Positions 1-10,408 are shown, counted from the first letter of the stretch. The stretch: 64,000 nucleotides of DNA from an uncultured Clostridia bacterium (GCA_934754375.1 CAKVHT010000001.1:152532-216531); one strand, 5' to 3'. Made by a program: numbers and translations. The notes: generated by a model from the sequence alone, not told the origin.

Positions 1-1
1 T

Positions 2-196
2 GGTTCTGCACTAAAAACATTGCAAGCAAAAGTTATTAAAACAGAATATTTGCCTACAGGTGCAACAGTTGTTTATGCTTACACCAAAGCCATAAAAAAT
101 TCTGTTAAAGTTGACGACAAAACAGTAAACATTCAAATAGCATGTTACGACAATTATGTTGTGATAGGCTGGCCTGTTATAATGGGCAGTTTTTAG
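2..196 (+). CDS. C-terminal fragment of an ORF entering from upstream; product not recognised
   Basis: Frame 2 is open from the window edge to TAG 194-196 (...NYVVIGWPVIMGSF*). The 11..211 minus-strand track ORF is its antisense shadow. Confidence 0.35.
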   Translation, partial: GSALKTLQAKVIKTEYLPTGATVVYAYTKAIKNSVKVDDKTVNIQIACYDNYVVIGWPVIMGSF

Positions 197-280
197 CATT
201 TGACCTATCAAAGAACAAAATAAGGATTTGAGTGTTTAAAAATTTGAAATTTGGTCAATATTGGTTTGTAGGAGGGAAAA

Positions 281-874
281 ATGGATAAATCAAACGGAGT
301 TCAAAAGAAAAATATATTTATGAATTATGTCTATGCAAGTTTGGTTGCTTTGCTTGTAATTGCCTGTGCAGTGACCATTGCGATGACTGCAAAAACAGCG
401 CAAAAGCCAACTGGAGATATTGGCGGTGGAGGCAGTGATTTGCCTGTTGCAACTACTACTTACGTTGTCCCAATGAAAAACGCAACAATTCAAAAAGATT
501 TTTCAAGCACAGAATTGCAATTTAATGACACAATGAAACAATGGGAAATTCACAAAGCGATTGACTTTCTTGCAACAGATGAAACAAACGTTTTTGCGGT
601 GGCAGACGGAACAGTGTCAAACGTTTACACAAATTATCTTGAAGGCACAGTTGTTGAAATCACACATAAAAATGGACTTGTTTCAATTTATAAGTCTCTT
701 AACGAAAATTTAAGTGTATCAAATGGCGACAAGGTCAGTGCGGGACAAGTGATTGGAAGTGCAAGTTCAACAATGTCACAAGAGTTAAATTCTGGCAACC
801 ACTTGCATTTTGAAATGAAATTGAACGGTGCAAAAGTTGACCCAAACAACTATATTGACTTGGGCACAAAATAA
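281..874 (+). CDS. Membrane-anchored M23/LytM-family peptidase, SpoIIQ-like
   Basis: SD aggaggg lies 7 nt upstream of the ATG. There is one N-terminal TM (VYASLVALLVIACAVTIAMTA). M23 metal motifs HKAID (HxxxD) and HLHFE (HxH) are present. Size and architecture match clostridial SpoIIQ. Confidence 0.6.
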   Translation: MDKSNGVQKKNIFMNYVYASLVALLVIACAVTIAMTAKTAQKPTGDIGGGGSDLPVATTTYVVPMKNATIQKDFSSTELQFNDTMKQWEIHKAIDFLATDETNVFAVADGTVSNVYTNYLEGTVVEITHKNGLVSIYKSLNENLSVSNGDKVSAGQVIGSASSTMSQELNSGNHLHFEMKLNGAKVDPNNYIDLGTK

Positions 875-897
875 ACTAATCAACAATAAATGGCAAT

Positions 898-928
898 AAA
901 AAAACCACTGATAGAAGGTGGTTTTTTA
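898..928. terminator. Bidirectional rho-independent terminator between convergent genes
   Basis: aaaaaaccac-loop-gtggtttttt hairpin flanked by an A-run and a T-run. Confidence 0.6.
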
Positions 929-1003
929 TTGTGATTAACAATAGCCAGATTTATTAGCAATGGCTAAATGGATTGGCTTGTTTATGGATACTAAGACTAA
1001 TGA

Positions 1004-1597
1004 TTAACCCGCAGCTGGTGAATATGTTTTAAGCCAATCAGCAGGAGCAGTTGTCCAAGTAGCATTTGCTGCATTGTTTGCTTTTTGAATTGCTTCAACA
1101 ATGATTGCAATGTTATATGTTTTGTTGGCATCTGCATTTGTAAGACTTGTTGGCACTGTGATTGATGTGACAAAGTCTGCACTGCCATTAGCTGACAATG
1201 TGCCTTTATAGTAATAATAATCATCTTCGCCTTTTTGCCAACTGTCCGTTGTTGTTGCTGTTACAGCTGTGCTTGCTCCGTCCGCATTTGTAATTGTAAG
1301 TTTTGCTCTCACAAGTGCATCTGTTGTGTTTGCTGGTGCACTGATACCAATTGCTTGGTCATACACTGTGCCAGGTAAAGCCTTTCCAGAAAATGTAAGT
1401 GCGGAGACAGATGCACCGCCTTGAGTGATGTTGATTGTTACAGGGTCGCCCAAAGTGATATCACCGGTTACATTTGCGTTGCCCGTAAAGAAAGCTAAAG
1501 CAATACCGATACCGATTGTGGCTATTAGCAAAACGGACAAAGTAATGATTGCGATTGTGGAAGCATTTGCTCGCCTTTTAGTTTGTGTGTTTGTCAT
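1004..1597 (-). CDS. TasA/camelysin-like secreted protein with SipW-type signal peptide
   Basis: SD aaaggag precedes the internal ATG at 1597, so the track start at 1657 is probably too long. The N-terminus (MTNTQTKRRANAS, then a TM, then ALAFFTGNANVTG) resembles SipW-dependent signal peptides of the TasA/peptidase M73 family. The mature part is T/A/N-rich. Confidence 0.55.
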   Translation of the reverse strand: MTNTQTKRRANASTIAIITLSVLLIATIGIGIALAFFTGNANVTGDITLGDPVTINITQGGASVSALTFSGKALPGTVYDQAIGISAPANTTDALVRAKLTITNADGASTAVTATTTDSWQKGEDDYYYYKGTLSANGSADFVTSITVPTSLTNADANKTYNIAIIVEAIQKANNAANATWTTAPADWLKTYSPAAG

Positions 1598-1784
1598 AAA
1601 TTTCTCCTTTATAAGTTGTACACTTGTATTTTGTGTGCAGGATAAAATTTTATTCAATTTTCAACAATTTTATTGTAAATAATAGCAACCAACTCATTTA
1701 AAGAAACTGATTATTTTCTTTTATGTTCGCCTGTTAAGCATGGTTAAATTGTTCAAATCAAAATGATAAAAAGGCAAATAAGCA

Positions 1785-1818
1785 CAAAAAAACCAACCGA
1801 ACTACTGGTTGGCTTTTT
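1785..1818 (-). terminator. Rho-independent terminator downstream of the PrsA-like gene
   Basis: ccaacc-8 nt-ggttgg stem. The A-run on the plus strand reads as a T-run on the minus strand immediately after the hairpin. Confidence 0.55.
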
Positions 1819-1834
1819 ATTTAGATTTTATCAA

Positions 1835-3682
1835 TTATAAACTTGATTTAGTTGCGTCAAGTTTTGTTTGATTGATTTTTGCAGGATTTGTTTTGCGCAT
1901 TTCTTGAATTATTTCATTTTCTTTAACAGTGTAGCCAGTTGAACTTGCATAAGTTTCACTTTCACTTGAAGCTGGGTAAACCGCATCGAACAACATATCA
2001 AAATATGTTTTGTGTGTTAAAGGATTTAATTCCATTTTGTACAAATTGTAGTCGTTGCCTGTTTTGTTTGATGTTGCAATATAAGCGGAATTGATTTGGT
2101 TGAAAGGAACATCAAACATATTAACTTCACCAATATAATATAAGAAATGGATACCATAAGAAGTTATGCACATTGTAACACCATTTTTGCTATTTGTGTT
2201 GGTTGTTGCTGGTGTCATGTCTCCAGGATTACCATCGGTCATTAATCTAACAGCCTCATCAGTGAAAGCCGTCTCCATGGCACTGTTGTTATTTGTGCCA
2301 ACAACATAAGGCATGCCTTGAGTTAATGTAGCAGTATCTTCAGTAAATCGGAACATGAATTGAATAAATTCATCTAATGATGAAACATTGTTGTACTCAG
2401 CCAAAACTTCATTTAAGGTATATTCTTTTGCATCATCAGCAATCAAACCTGTTGTTGCGTCACGTTCAGTGGCTGTTGTACGTGCAATTATTGCGTCATA
2501 AGCAGTGCGATAAGCTTCATCTGATAAAGTTGATTTAATAGCTTCCAAATTTTTGATATCGCTTTTTTGATTGTCGTTTGCATCAACACTGCCGTCACTA
2601 AATTTAATCAATGTGTGGATAAAGTAACCAAATTTTGTGTTGTCGCTCAAATCAGGGTGATATAAAATTTCATCTGCTTTTGTGCCAGCATCTTTCATCG
2701 CTGATTTGTATGATTTTTCAAAGTTGGCATATTTGTTGTAGCTTGTTTCAACCAATGAAACATATTTTTCAATTAAAGCATTGATAGACAATTCATCAGT
2801 TGCATTTTTAAGATATTCAGTTCTTACATTTGTCAAGTACAATGATTTGATCTTGTCGTTATATGTTTTTGTGAAATATCTGTTTAAAAGGTCTTTTGTT
2901 GCCGTGTTGTAAGCGTTGCCTTTTGAATCACGCAAATATTTTTCACTTGAAATCAAGTCTTGAGCAAGCAAACTGATTGATTTGTTGTAAATTTCAGCTT
3001 GTTTATCTTCGTTTGATAAAGAGTCATTGAATTTTTCAAAATAAGTGTCAATAATCAATTGAATAGTTTCGCTTGAACTGAAATCTGACAATGCAGATAA
3101 ATTGCTTTCACCCAAAATGCAGGCGAATGAAGGATCTTCTTTGATAATGTAAGAAATATAGTCAACCGACTCGCCATCTACGATTTTTGTTTTAAGTTCA
3201 GCACGTTTGCCGGCAAGTTCAGTGTTATAATCTGAGTATTTGTAAGCTGTTTCACTGTTGTCAGAAGAACTATTTTCAGTGATAGTTATGTTTAAGATGC
3301 GCTTTGCTTTTTTAACATAATCACTCATTGTGCTGTCCATACTTTTATACAATTCAGCAATGGCATTGTTTACTTGATATGCAGATGGTTTAAATTCTGA
3401 ATGTTGTTGAGCATATTGATATAGTGATGCTTGATCCATAAGCAAATTCAAAGTTTCAGCAAAAGCTTCTTTTTCTGTTTTGCCAAGTTGGCTAACATAA
3501 TAATTGCGTCCGTAACTATTGTATGCTGAAAGAAGTTCGTATCTTGCAATATGAGTGTTGCCAACAGTTGCAACAGTCTCGTTGTAATACTTAACACGAT
3601 TTACAGAGAAGCCAGCGCAACCAGCAAATCCACATGTAATAAGTAATAATAAGCATAAGATAAAAGCATTAAATTTTTTCAT
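1835..3682 (-). CDS. Large PrsA/SurA-like foldase lipoprotein (parvulin-like C-terminus)
   Basis: Lipobox ITCGFAGC after a signal peptide, with SD ggaga. The N-terminal part is SurA_N-like and there is a C-terminal parvulin-like SYGIHFLYY segment. The position downstream of mfd matches clostridial prsA-like genes. At 615 aa it is unusually long. Confidence 0.5.
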   Translation of the reverse strand: MKKFNAFILCLLLLITCGFAGCAGFSVNRVKYYNETVATVGNTHIARYELLSAYNSYGRNYYVSQLGKTEKEAFAETLNLLMDQASLYQYAQQHSEFKPSAYQVNNAIAELYKSMDSTMSDYVKKAKRILNITITENSSSDNSETAYKYSDYNTELAGKRAELKTKIVDGESVDYISYIIKEDPSFACILGESNLSALSDFSSSETIQLIIDTYFEKFNDSLSNEDKQAEIYNKSISLLAQDLISSEKYLRDSKGNAYNTATKDLLNRYFTKTYNDKIKSLYLTNVRTEYLKNATDELSINALIEKYVSLVETSYNKYANFEKSYKSAMKDAGTKADEILYHPDLSDNTKFGYFIHTLIKFSDGSVDANDNQKSDIKNLEAIKSTLSDEAYRTAYDAIIARTTATERDATTGLIADDAKEYTLNEVLAEYNNVSSLDEFIQFMFRFTEDTATLTQGMPYVVGTNNNSAMETAFTDEAVRLMTDGNPGDMTPATTNTNSKNGVTMCITSYGIHFLYYIGEVNMFDVPFNQINSAYIATSNKTGNDYNLYKMELNPLTHKTYFDMLFDAVYPASSESETYASSTGYTVKENEIIQEMRKTNPAKINQTKLDATKSSL

Positions 3683-3865
3683 TGTATCTCCAAAAAGTAA
3701 ATTAGCAAACTTTTATTTTTTCAATCAAGGCAAAGCCCTGATGTTGATAACCAATTTAGGTTACATTTCTTGCTGTTTTATATTATATATAAATACTAAC
3801 TAAAAAGCAAGCATTTTAAACCTAGCAAAATTCAAAAATAAGCAATATAAACATAAAAATGTATA

Positions 3866-6800
3866 TTATGCTGACAAAAATTCAGTCATGTAACCCAGTG
3901 CGGTTTGAACACTAAATTCTGAAGTATTTAAGCTGATTGTTGGGTTGTGTGAATTTTCAAACTTAAAGTGGGCAAATTTGTTAACTTTTTTAATTAATGG
4001 TTTTAAATCAACATCGTCATAATAAATTATTGACATCTTGGTTTTGTTTATAATGATTTGCTTAACATTTTGTTTAACAGCCAATGCTTTTAGCAAAGCA
4101 ATATTTGCCAAGTGGTAAATTTCTTTTGGCAACTTTCCATAGTTTACAAGCAATTCGTTGATAACTTCTCGGGCTTTATCTTTGCTGTCTATATTTGAAA
4201 TTTTTGCTATAATTTTAAGTCTTTCAGCTTCCTCACTTGCAAAGTCGGCAGGGATTTTGCTTGGCAAGGCGATATCAAGTTTAATTTCACGTTCCACTTC
4301 AACTTTTTCACCACGCATTCGGCGCAATGTTTCATTTAGAAGTTTACTGTACATATCATAACCAATTTTTATCATATGTCCATGTTGTGTTTTTCCAAGC
4401 AGTTCACCTGCACCACGTATTGCTAAATCACGCATTGCAATTTTAAATCCACTTCCAAGTTCAGTGTTTTCAGCAATTGCTTGCAAACGTGACATGCTTT
4501 CTTCGGTTAAAACTTTTCCTTTGGGGTATGTGAAGTAGGCATAAGCCTGTTCACTGTTCCTGCCAACACGCCCGCGCAGTTGGTACATTTGGCTCAAGCC
4601 AAGTTTATCGCTGTCAATCACAATCAAAGTATTTGCTTTTGGCAAATCAACACCGTTCTCGATGAGTGTTGTTGATACAAACACATTAGTTTCACGGTCA
4701 TAAAGCCTTTTAATTGCGTTTTCAAGTGCCACCTCACTCATTTGCCCATGGGCGGTGTCAAATTTGGCATTTTTATTGTTAAGTTTTTTATTTAAATCAT
4801 TTGCAAATGCTGGCAATTTTTCGATGTCGTTGTAGATTATCAGCACTTGTCCACCACGGTTGATTTCATCGTTGATTGCATTTAAAATCACTTGTTCGTT
4901 GTAACCCAAAACATAAGTCTTTACAGGCAGACGATTTGTTGGGGCAGTGTTGATGATTGATATATCTCTTATAGACATCAGCGACATGCTTAATGTTCTA
5001 GGGATTGGGGTGGCGGATAATGTTAAAACATCAACGTTGCTTTTTAAATGTTTGATTTTTTCTTTGTGCTTTACACCGAATCGTTGCTCTTCATCTAAAA
5101 TAAGCAGGCCTATATCAAAGAATTTAACATCGTCTGAAAGCAGTCTGTGTGTGCCACAAATCACATTGATTTTGCCATTTTTTAGGTCTTCAAGTATTTC
5201 ATGTTGTTGTTTTTGTGTCCTAAATCTATTAAGCATTTCAACTTTAACGCCAAAATCTTTTGTTCTTTCGCAAGCGGTTAAATAGTGTTGTAAACTTAAT
5301 ATTGTTGTTGGTGCTAAAATTGCAACTTGTTTGCCATTTTCCACCGCTTTAAACATGGCTCGCATTGCAACCTCAGTTTTGCCAAATCCAACGTCACCGC
5401 AAATCAACCTGTCCATAACTTTGCCAGTTGTCATATCGTGTTTAACATCAGCAATTGCTTGCAGTTGGTCGGCCGTTTCTGTGTAAGGGAAGGCATTTTC
5501 AAATTCTGTATAAAGATAATCATCAGCAGAATATACAACCCCCTTAACCGCCTTACGTTTTGCATAAAGTTCAATCAGTTCTTGACTCATGTCCTCAATT
5601 GACTTTATTGCTTTTTGCTTTTGGTTAAAAAATTCTTTTCCGCCCAATTTGTTTAATACAACATTGTGGTCGTCAGCCATGTATAATGATAAGCAATCAG
5701 CATTTTCGCTTGGCACATACAGGACATCTCCACCACGATATGTGAGCTTAAAAAATTCTTTTTCAACACCTTGGACGTTCATTGTGACAACACCATCACA
5801 TCTACCAATCCCGTGTGTCGAGTGGACAACATATTCGCCTGCTTTTGGCAAGTATTTTATCTGACTTTTTGCCTTGCCTGAGGCTGTGCGTTTGTGCGCA
5901 AAATTTGTTGAGCCTATGTATAGCTTTTCATCATCTTTAAAACAGATATTAAAAGGTATTGTAAGTTCAGTTAAAATCAATCCTTTTGCATTCTTGTTTA
6001 AAGTGTAGGGTATGTTAGTTTCATCGAAAATCTTGCTAATAGAATTTAATGTATCTTTTGAAGAAAGACATAAATATATTTGTTTATCTTTGTAACTTTC
6101 TAAAATTTGTTTTATGTTTTGAAGGTTGTGTATCAGTGGTGGAAAATTTAAGCAGTCAAATTTAAATTCAACCAGATTTTTTTCATCAAATTTATTTTTC
6201 AATTCAGTGGATAAAATGTCAAAATTTTCTAAAAATATCAGGTTTTTTGCATATTTTTTATATATTTCATCAATATTTTTATATTTTTTTAATATTTTTT
6301 CACAATTTTTAGTATTAAATATAGTTTTTATTTTTTCATTTATTTCATCATAAAATTTATTTGTGGCAGGTTCAATAATCATTGAATTTGAAATAATAAT
6401 TGGCAAGTTAAAATCGAATATTGTTTGAATTTTGTCAGTAAAAGGCACTAAAAATTCAAGCGGAATTTCATCGCCTCGTTCAAGGGCAAGGCTTAAATCA
6501 GCAAGAGTTTGTGTTGCGTTTTTTTCTTCTGCTACTGATTGTTTGATTTTTGAAATTTCTGCATTGTCAAAAAGCATCAAATTATTTGGGCAAATATAAT
6601 CTTCTTCAAGTGAATTTTTCTTTTCAAATGTTAAAAAATCAAATTGGTAAATATGTTCCAAATTGGTGTCAAAAAAATCAAACCTTGTGGGTGTTTCACT
6701 GGTTGAATTAAATACGTCTAAAATGTCGCCACGGACAGCAAATTCACCAGGTGCAGTTACTGTTTCTGTTTTTTTATATCCCAAGGCAACAAGTTGTTTT

Positions 6801-7201
6801 TCTATACTGTTAAAGTCGTAATCTTTGCCTTTTTTAAGATTGAGTATTGATTGCTTAAATTTTTCAACATCAGGCAACAACGAAAAAAACAATCTCTCTG
6901 TAGAGATTAAAATAATGTTTTTATTTAACAATTTGCACAAAGCATTGAGCAAATCAATTTTATGTTCATTGCTTTGAAATGTTGAAAGGGTAAAAGGCTT
7001 ATCAAAGTCATCAACAACCACACAATCTTTATTTAAAGCTTGCAATTGCTGTTGCATGTTGTGAGCATACTCGGTTGATGAAGTAATATAAATTGCCTTA
7101 TCAATTTTTGCTAAAATCGCACCTTGTTCACCAAAATTTAAGTTAGAACAAAAAATTGTTTTTTGTTGAATGTATAGCTCTATATCGTGGTATCTTGGCA
7201 T
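3866..7201 (-). CDS. mfd: Transcription-repair coupling factor Mfd
   Basis: 1111 aa. Walker A GDVGFGKTEVA and DEEQ box LLILDEEQRFGV are present, as are a CarD-like segment (GEYVVHSTHGIGR) and helicase C motifs. It lies downstream of pth. Confidence 0.95.
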   Translation of the reverse strand: MPRYHDIELYIQQKTIFCSNLNFGEQGAILAKIDKAIYITSSTEYAHNMQQQLQALNKDCVVVDDFDKPFTLSTFQSNEHKIDLLNALCKLLNKNIILISTERLFFSLLPDVEKFKQSILNLKKGKDYDFNSIEKQLVALGYKKTETVTAPGEFAVRGDILDVFNSTSETPTRFDFFDTNLEHIYQFDFLTFEKKNSLEEDYICPNNLMLFDNAEISKIKQSVAEEKNATQTLADLSLALERGDEIPLEFLVPFTDKIQTIFDFNLPIIISNSMIIEPATNKFYDEINEKIKTIFNTKNCEKILKKYKNIDEIYKKYAKNLIFLENFDILSTELKNKFDEKNLVEFKFDCLNFPPLIHNLQNIKQILESYKDKQIYLCLSSKDTLNSISKIFDETNIPYTLNKNAKGLILTELTIPFNICFKDDEKLYIGSTNFAHKRTASGKAKSQIKYLPKAGEYVVHSTHGIGRCDGVVTMNVQGVEKEFFKLTYRGGDVLYVPSENADCLSLYMADDHNVVLNKLGGKEFFNQKQKAIKSIEDMSQELIELYAKRKAVKGVVYSADDYLYTEFENAFPYTETADQLQAIADVKHDMTTGKVMDRLICGDVGFGKTEVAMRAMFKAVENGKQVAILAPTTILSLQHYLTACERTKDFGVKVEMLNRFRTQKQQHEILEDLKNGKINVICGTHRLLSDDVKFFDIGLLILDEEQRFGVKHKEKIKHLKSNVDVLTLSATPIPRTLSMSLMSIRDISIINTAPTNRLPVKTYVLGYNEQVILNAINDEINRGGQVLIIYNDIEKLPAFANDLNKKLNNKNAKFDTAHGQMSEVALENAIKRLYDRETNVFVSTTLIENGVDLPKANTLIVIDSDKLGLSQMYQLRGRVGRNSEQAYAYFTYPKGKVLTEESMSRLQAIAENTELGSGFKIAMRDLAIRGAGELLGKTQHGHMIKIGYDMYSKLLNETLRRMRGEKVEVEREIKLDIALPSKIPADFASEEAERLKIIAKISNIDSKDKAREVINELLVNYGKLPKEIYHLANIALLKALAVKQNVKQIIINKTKMSIIYYDDVDLKPLIKKVNKFAHFKFENSHNPTISLNTSEFSVQTALGYMTEFLSA

Positions 7202-7710
7202 AATTCTCCGTTAATAAATGATTTTATCAAGTCGCAAACTTTTAAGTAAGATTCATTTAAAATTTGTTTTGATTTTTCATCAATATTGCTTAATACATAG
7301 TCGGCAAGATTAATGTTTTGGTCTCTGCCAATGCCAACACGTATACGAGGTGTTTCGCCTACTTTTGCAACGATATCTCTTAAACCATTGTGAGTGCCAG
7401 CGGAACCTAAAGTGCGAAATCTTATTTTGCCCTTTGGCATATCAATATCATCTAATATAATTAAAATTTCGGTTAAAGGTGTTTTGAAATATTTTCTTAA
7501 TTCATAAACTGCATTTCCGCTTAAATTCATGTAAGTTGTAGGTTTTGCCAATATAAAGCCATCGCCTTTTGCTATCATTGCTTGGTATTTTGTTGTTGTA
7601 AATTTAAGACCATTTTGTTTTGCAAAAAGATCCACAACACTAAATCCAACATTGTGATAAGTGTTTTTATATTTGCCATCTGGGTTGCCCAGTCCAACGA
7701 TAATTTTCAT
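7180..7710 (-). CDS. pth: Peptidyl-tRNA hydrolase
   Basis: MKIIVGLGNPDGKYKNTYHNVGF signature, with SD aaggag. There is a 22-nt overlap with the mfd start. Confidence 0.95.
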   Translation of the reverse strand: MKIIVGLGNPDGKYKNTYHNVGFSVVDLFAKQNGLKFTTTKYQAMIAKGDGFILAKPTTYMNLSGNAVYELRKYFKTPLTEILIILDDIDMPKGKIRFRTLGSAGTHNGLRDIVAKVGETPRIRVGIGRDQNINLADYVLSNIDEKSKQILNESYLKVCDLIKSFINGELCQDTTI

Positions 7711-7988
7711 ACAATCTCCTTATTGTGACTTGATTGTGATGCTAGAAATACTTTCATCAAGTCATTTTTCTGTTTGAATTAACAATACAAACTATGGTTT
7801 AGTTTGTAAAGATAATCCTCTATGCTGTTACTATTTGATTATAACATAGTTTTAAGTTATTTCAATAGAAAAATTCCAACTATTAAGAAATTGATAAAGT
7901 GAAAAATGGTTAAATTTGCAGACTTATTTTTCAATTTGATATTGACAAGTTGGTGTTTTGGTGGTAGTTTTACAAAAAGGATGGAATT

Positions 7989-8705
7989 ATGAAGAAAAAA
8001 GTTTGTGAGTTAGAAAATTTAGAAAACACCGATAGTCTGACACCAAGGAAAAATATGGTTACTAGGACAGTTGAAAGGATAAATGCGAAATTGCAAAAAG
8101 GTGTATCAATCAACCCTTGTAATTATGATGAAAAAGTGTTAGGCAAGATGATTGTCAAATATTCAAATCATGTGTCTTTTGAAAATTTCCCTGATTTGAT
8201 GGATGATGAAGAATTTTGTTTAGAAATTGCAAAAACAACATTAAATCCAATTGAATGTGAAAATTATTTTTATCAATACATCAATCGTAATTTGCTTAAA
8301 CATGCAACGTTTAGATATAGGTTTGTTTGTGCGCTTCTTGAAAATGATAATATTTACAAATTTAAAGATTTGGAAGAAATTTGCAGAAAACTTGGTTTGA
8401 AAAAAGAATTTGAACAAATTAAATATGATGCTGATGCTAAACTTAAAATGCAAATTAGATTGTTGAGGTTGCAATCACATGAATATATAAAATACAATTA
8501 CGATGGAAACAATCCTAAAGCTCTTCGTCAGTATAAAAACAAACGCAATGATGAAGTTGTTTTGGTGAAAAATAAAATTGATGGTGTTAAAAAAATACTT
8601 GCCGAATTTAAATGCTTGACAGCTGAAGAGCAACGTCAAAAACAAGAACAAGAAGGATTTGTATGTGTTACACCAATGGATTTTTGGGTTACTGACAACA
8701 ATTAA
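7989..8705 (+). CDS. Hypothetical cytoplasmic protein (orphan)
   Basis: 238-aa ORF with SD aaaggatgg. No TM or recognisable catalytic motif. It is flanked by long AT-rich spacers. Confidence 0.5.
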   Translation: MKKKVCELENLENTDSLTPRKNMVTRTVERINAKLQKGVSINPCNYDEKVLGKMIVKYSNHVSFENFPDLMDDEEFCLEIAKTTLNPIECENYFYQYINRNLLKHATFRYRFVCALLENDNIYKFKDLEEICRKLGLKKEFEQIKYDADAKLKMQIRLLRLQSHEYIKYNYDGNNPKALRQYKNKRNDEVVLVKNKIDGVKKILAEFKCLTAEEQRQKQEQEGFVCVTPMDFWVTDNN

Positions 8706-8874
8706 TCAAAAAATAAAAAAATAAAATAAAAAATTAAAAAAATAAAATAAAAACTATAAAAAACATTAAAAATTAAATAAAAAATATGGTTTTTTAATTA
8801 AAAATTAATTATTTTTTAGAAATATTGATTGAATTTTAAATAATAAATTTTATTTTAATAAGGTTTTAATATAA

Positions 8875-8907
8875 ATAAAAAAGTGAGAGTGTTTTCTCAC
8901 TTTTTTT
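8875..8907. terminator. Bidirectional rho-independent terminator
   Basis: gtgaga-6 nt-tctcac stem between an A-run and a T-run. It sits between the convergent genes 7989..8705 and 8930..10138. Confidence 0.65.
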
Positions 8908-8929
8908 ATTCAACTGATTTTGAATTTTA

Positions 8930-10138
8930 TTAAATTTTGTCTAATTCATTTGTGATTTCTTGTTTATCAATATGTTGACCAATAAACACAAGTTTAATCA
9001 TTCTGTCGCCATATTGAGGGTCCCAGTCGTGGCGGAAACGTTCATCGTTTAAAAGCATTTGTTCAATTTGGTATCTTGGAAGAGTTGCATACCAAGGGCC
9101 ATTTTCTGTTAAAACTTTTTGTTTTCCAGCTTGTTCATACACGTAACTCATGCGATTGTCACCTTCAAAATATACAAGTCCTTTTGTTCTGATTATTTGT
9201 TTGCCATAATCTTTTTGTGTCCAATCTTCAAATTTAAGCCTGTCAAAAGGACGTCTGCGATAATAGACAAAAGTGCCAATGCCATATTCTTCGGTCTCGC
9301 CGTGTTCGTGGTCGTGATTATGGTGACGTTCGTGATGAGAGTCATGTTCATCTTCATCATGTTCGTCATGATGATGTTCTTCTTTATGGTCTGCATCTTC
9401 TGCGTCTTGGTCAAGTGCGGTAAACCAACCTGAACTTGTTAAAGCATTTTCCATGTCAAAAAGGTTAGTATCCAAAATATCCTTCATTTCAACATTGCTA
9501 AAGTCGGTTTCAATAAGTTTTGCTTTAGGTTGAATGTTTTTTACTATTTTTCTTACACGTTCAAGCTCTTGTTTGCTTACTTCGCTTGCTTTGTTCAAAA
9601 TCAATACGTCACAAAATTCAATTTGCTGAATAACAAGATTTTCAATATCTTCTTCGTCTATATCTTGCTTTGTAAGTTCATCGCCACAGCCAAATTCTTG
9701 AACCATGCGCAAACAGTCAACTACACTTATTATTGCGTCAAGTTTGCAGAAGATAGGCATGTGTTTTTTGCGGAAACTGTCGGTTAAAAACGTTAAGGTT
9801 TGAGCAATAGGAATAGGTTCACAAATACCACTTGCCTCAATAATTATGTGGTCAAATTTCCTTTGTTTGATAATATCATGAATTTGTTCAATCAAATCTT
9901 GGCGAAGAGTACAACATATACACCCATTTTGCAAAGCAACCAAATTTTCTTCTTTTTTGCCAACAATGCCACCTTTTTCAATCAAATCAGCATCAATGTT
10001 TACCTCGCCAATATCATTCACAATAACTGCAACCTTGTAGCCTTTTGTGTTTGTCAAAATATGGTTAAGCAAAGTTGTTTTGCCACTGCCTAAATAACCA
10101 GTAACCAATGTTATAGGAACAGTTTTAAATTCTTGCAT
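8930..10138 (-). CDS. CobW/G3E-family GTPase metallochaperone (ZigA/YciC-like) with His-rich insert
   Basis: P-loop GYLGSGKTTLLN and CxCC motif GCICCTLR are present. A His/Asp/Glu-rich stretch (HKEEHHHDEHDEDEHDSHHERHHNHDHEHGE) lies between the GTPase domain and the CobW_C domain. Confidence 0.85.
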   Translation of the reverse strand: MQEFKTVPITLVTGYLGSGKTTLLNHILTNTKGYKVAVIVNDIGEVNIDADLIEKGGIVGKKEENLVALQNGCICCTLRQDLIEQIHDIIKQRKFDHIIIEASGICEPIPIAQTLTFLTDSFRKKHMPIFCKLDAIISVVDCLRMVQEFGCGDELTKQDIDEEDIENLVIQQIEFCDVLILNKASEVSKQELERVRKIVKNIQPKAKLIETDFSNVEMKDILDTNLFDMENALTSSGWFTALDQDAEDADHKEEHHHDEHDEDEHDSHHERHHNHDHEHGETEEYGIGTFVYYRRRPFDRLKFEDWTQKDYGKQIIRTKGLVYFEGDNRMSYVYEQAGKQKVLTENGPWYATLPRYQIEQMLLNDERFRHDWDPQYGDRMIKLVFIGQHIDKQEITNELDKI

Positions 10139-10408
10139 AAAAATCTCCTTGTATGATAAATTTAAAATAACATATCAAGTATATCATAAAATCAATATTT
10201 TGCACACGTTTTTAACAAAAATTGAAAAATTTAAGCCAAAAATGCTTTTTGCAGTTAATTTATGATTGCTATTTGTAGGTTTACAATGTTGTTAAAATAT
10301 GTTATGATAAGTGTAAACAAAGATTTTTGCAGTGAGTATTGTGAAGAGATTTTGAAAAGTGCTTTTATCGGGTTGACACTGATTTTCTAAAACACAAAAG
10401 GAAAAACT

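Noticed and set aside
8706-8874. Possible tandem repeat or CRISPR-like periodicity in extremely AT-rich spacers (also 15825-16247, 25375-25741, 33005-33225, 35094-35290, 41430-41665, 55004-55461)
   Set aside because: Only low-complexity A-tract patterns are present, for example aaaaaaataaaataaaaa twice with 21-bp period at 8715-8753. There is no repeat-spacer structure and there are no cas genes. These are most simply AT-rich promoter or curved-DNA spacers.
9119-9433. 104-aa plus-strand ORF and other internal ORFs antisense to cobW, the virB6-like gene (19470..19655, 20175..20427), virB4, mfd and the giant gene
   Set aside because: All are nested inside, and antisense or out of frame to, strongly supported genes. 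They lack SDs and have low-complexity translations.
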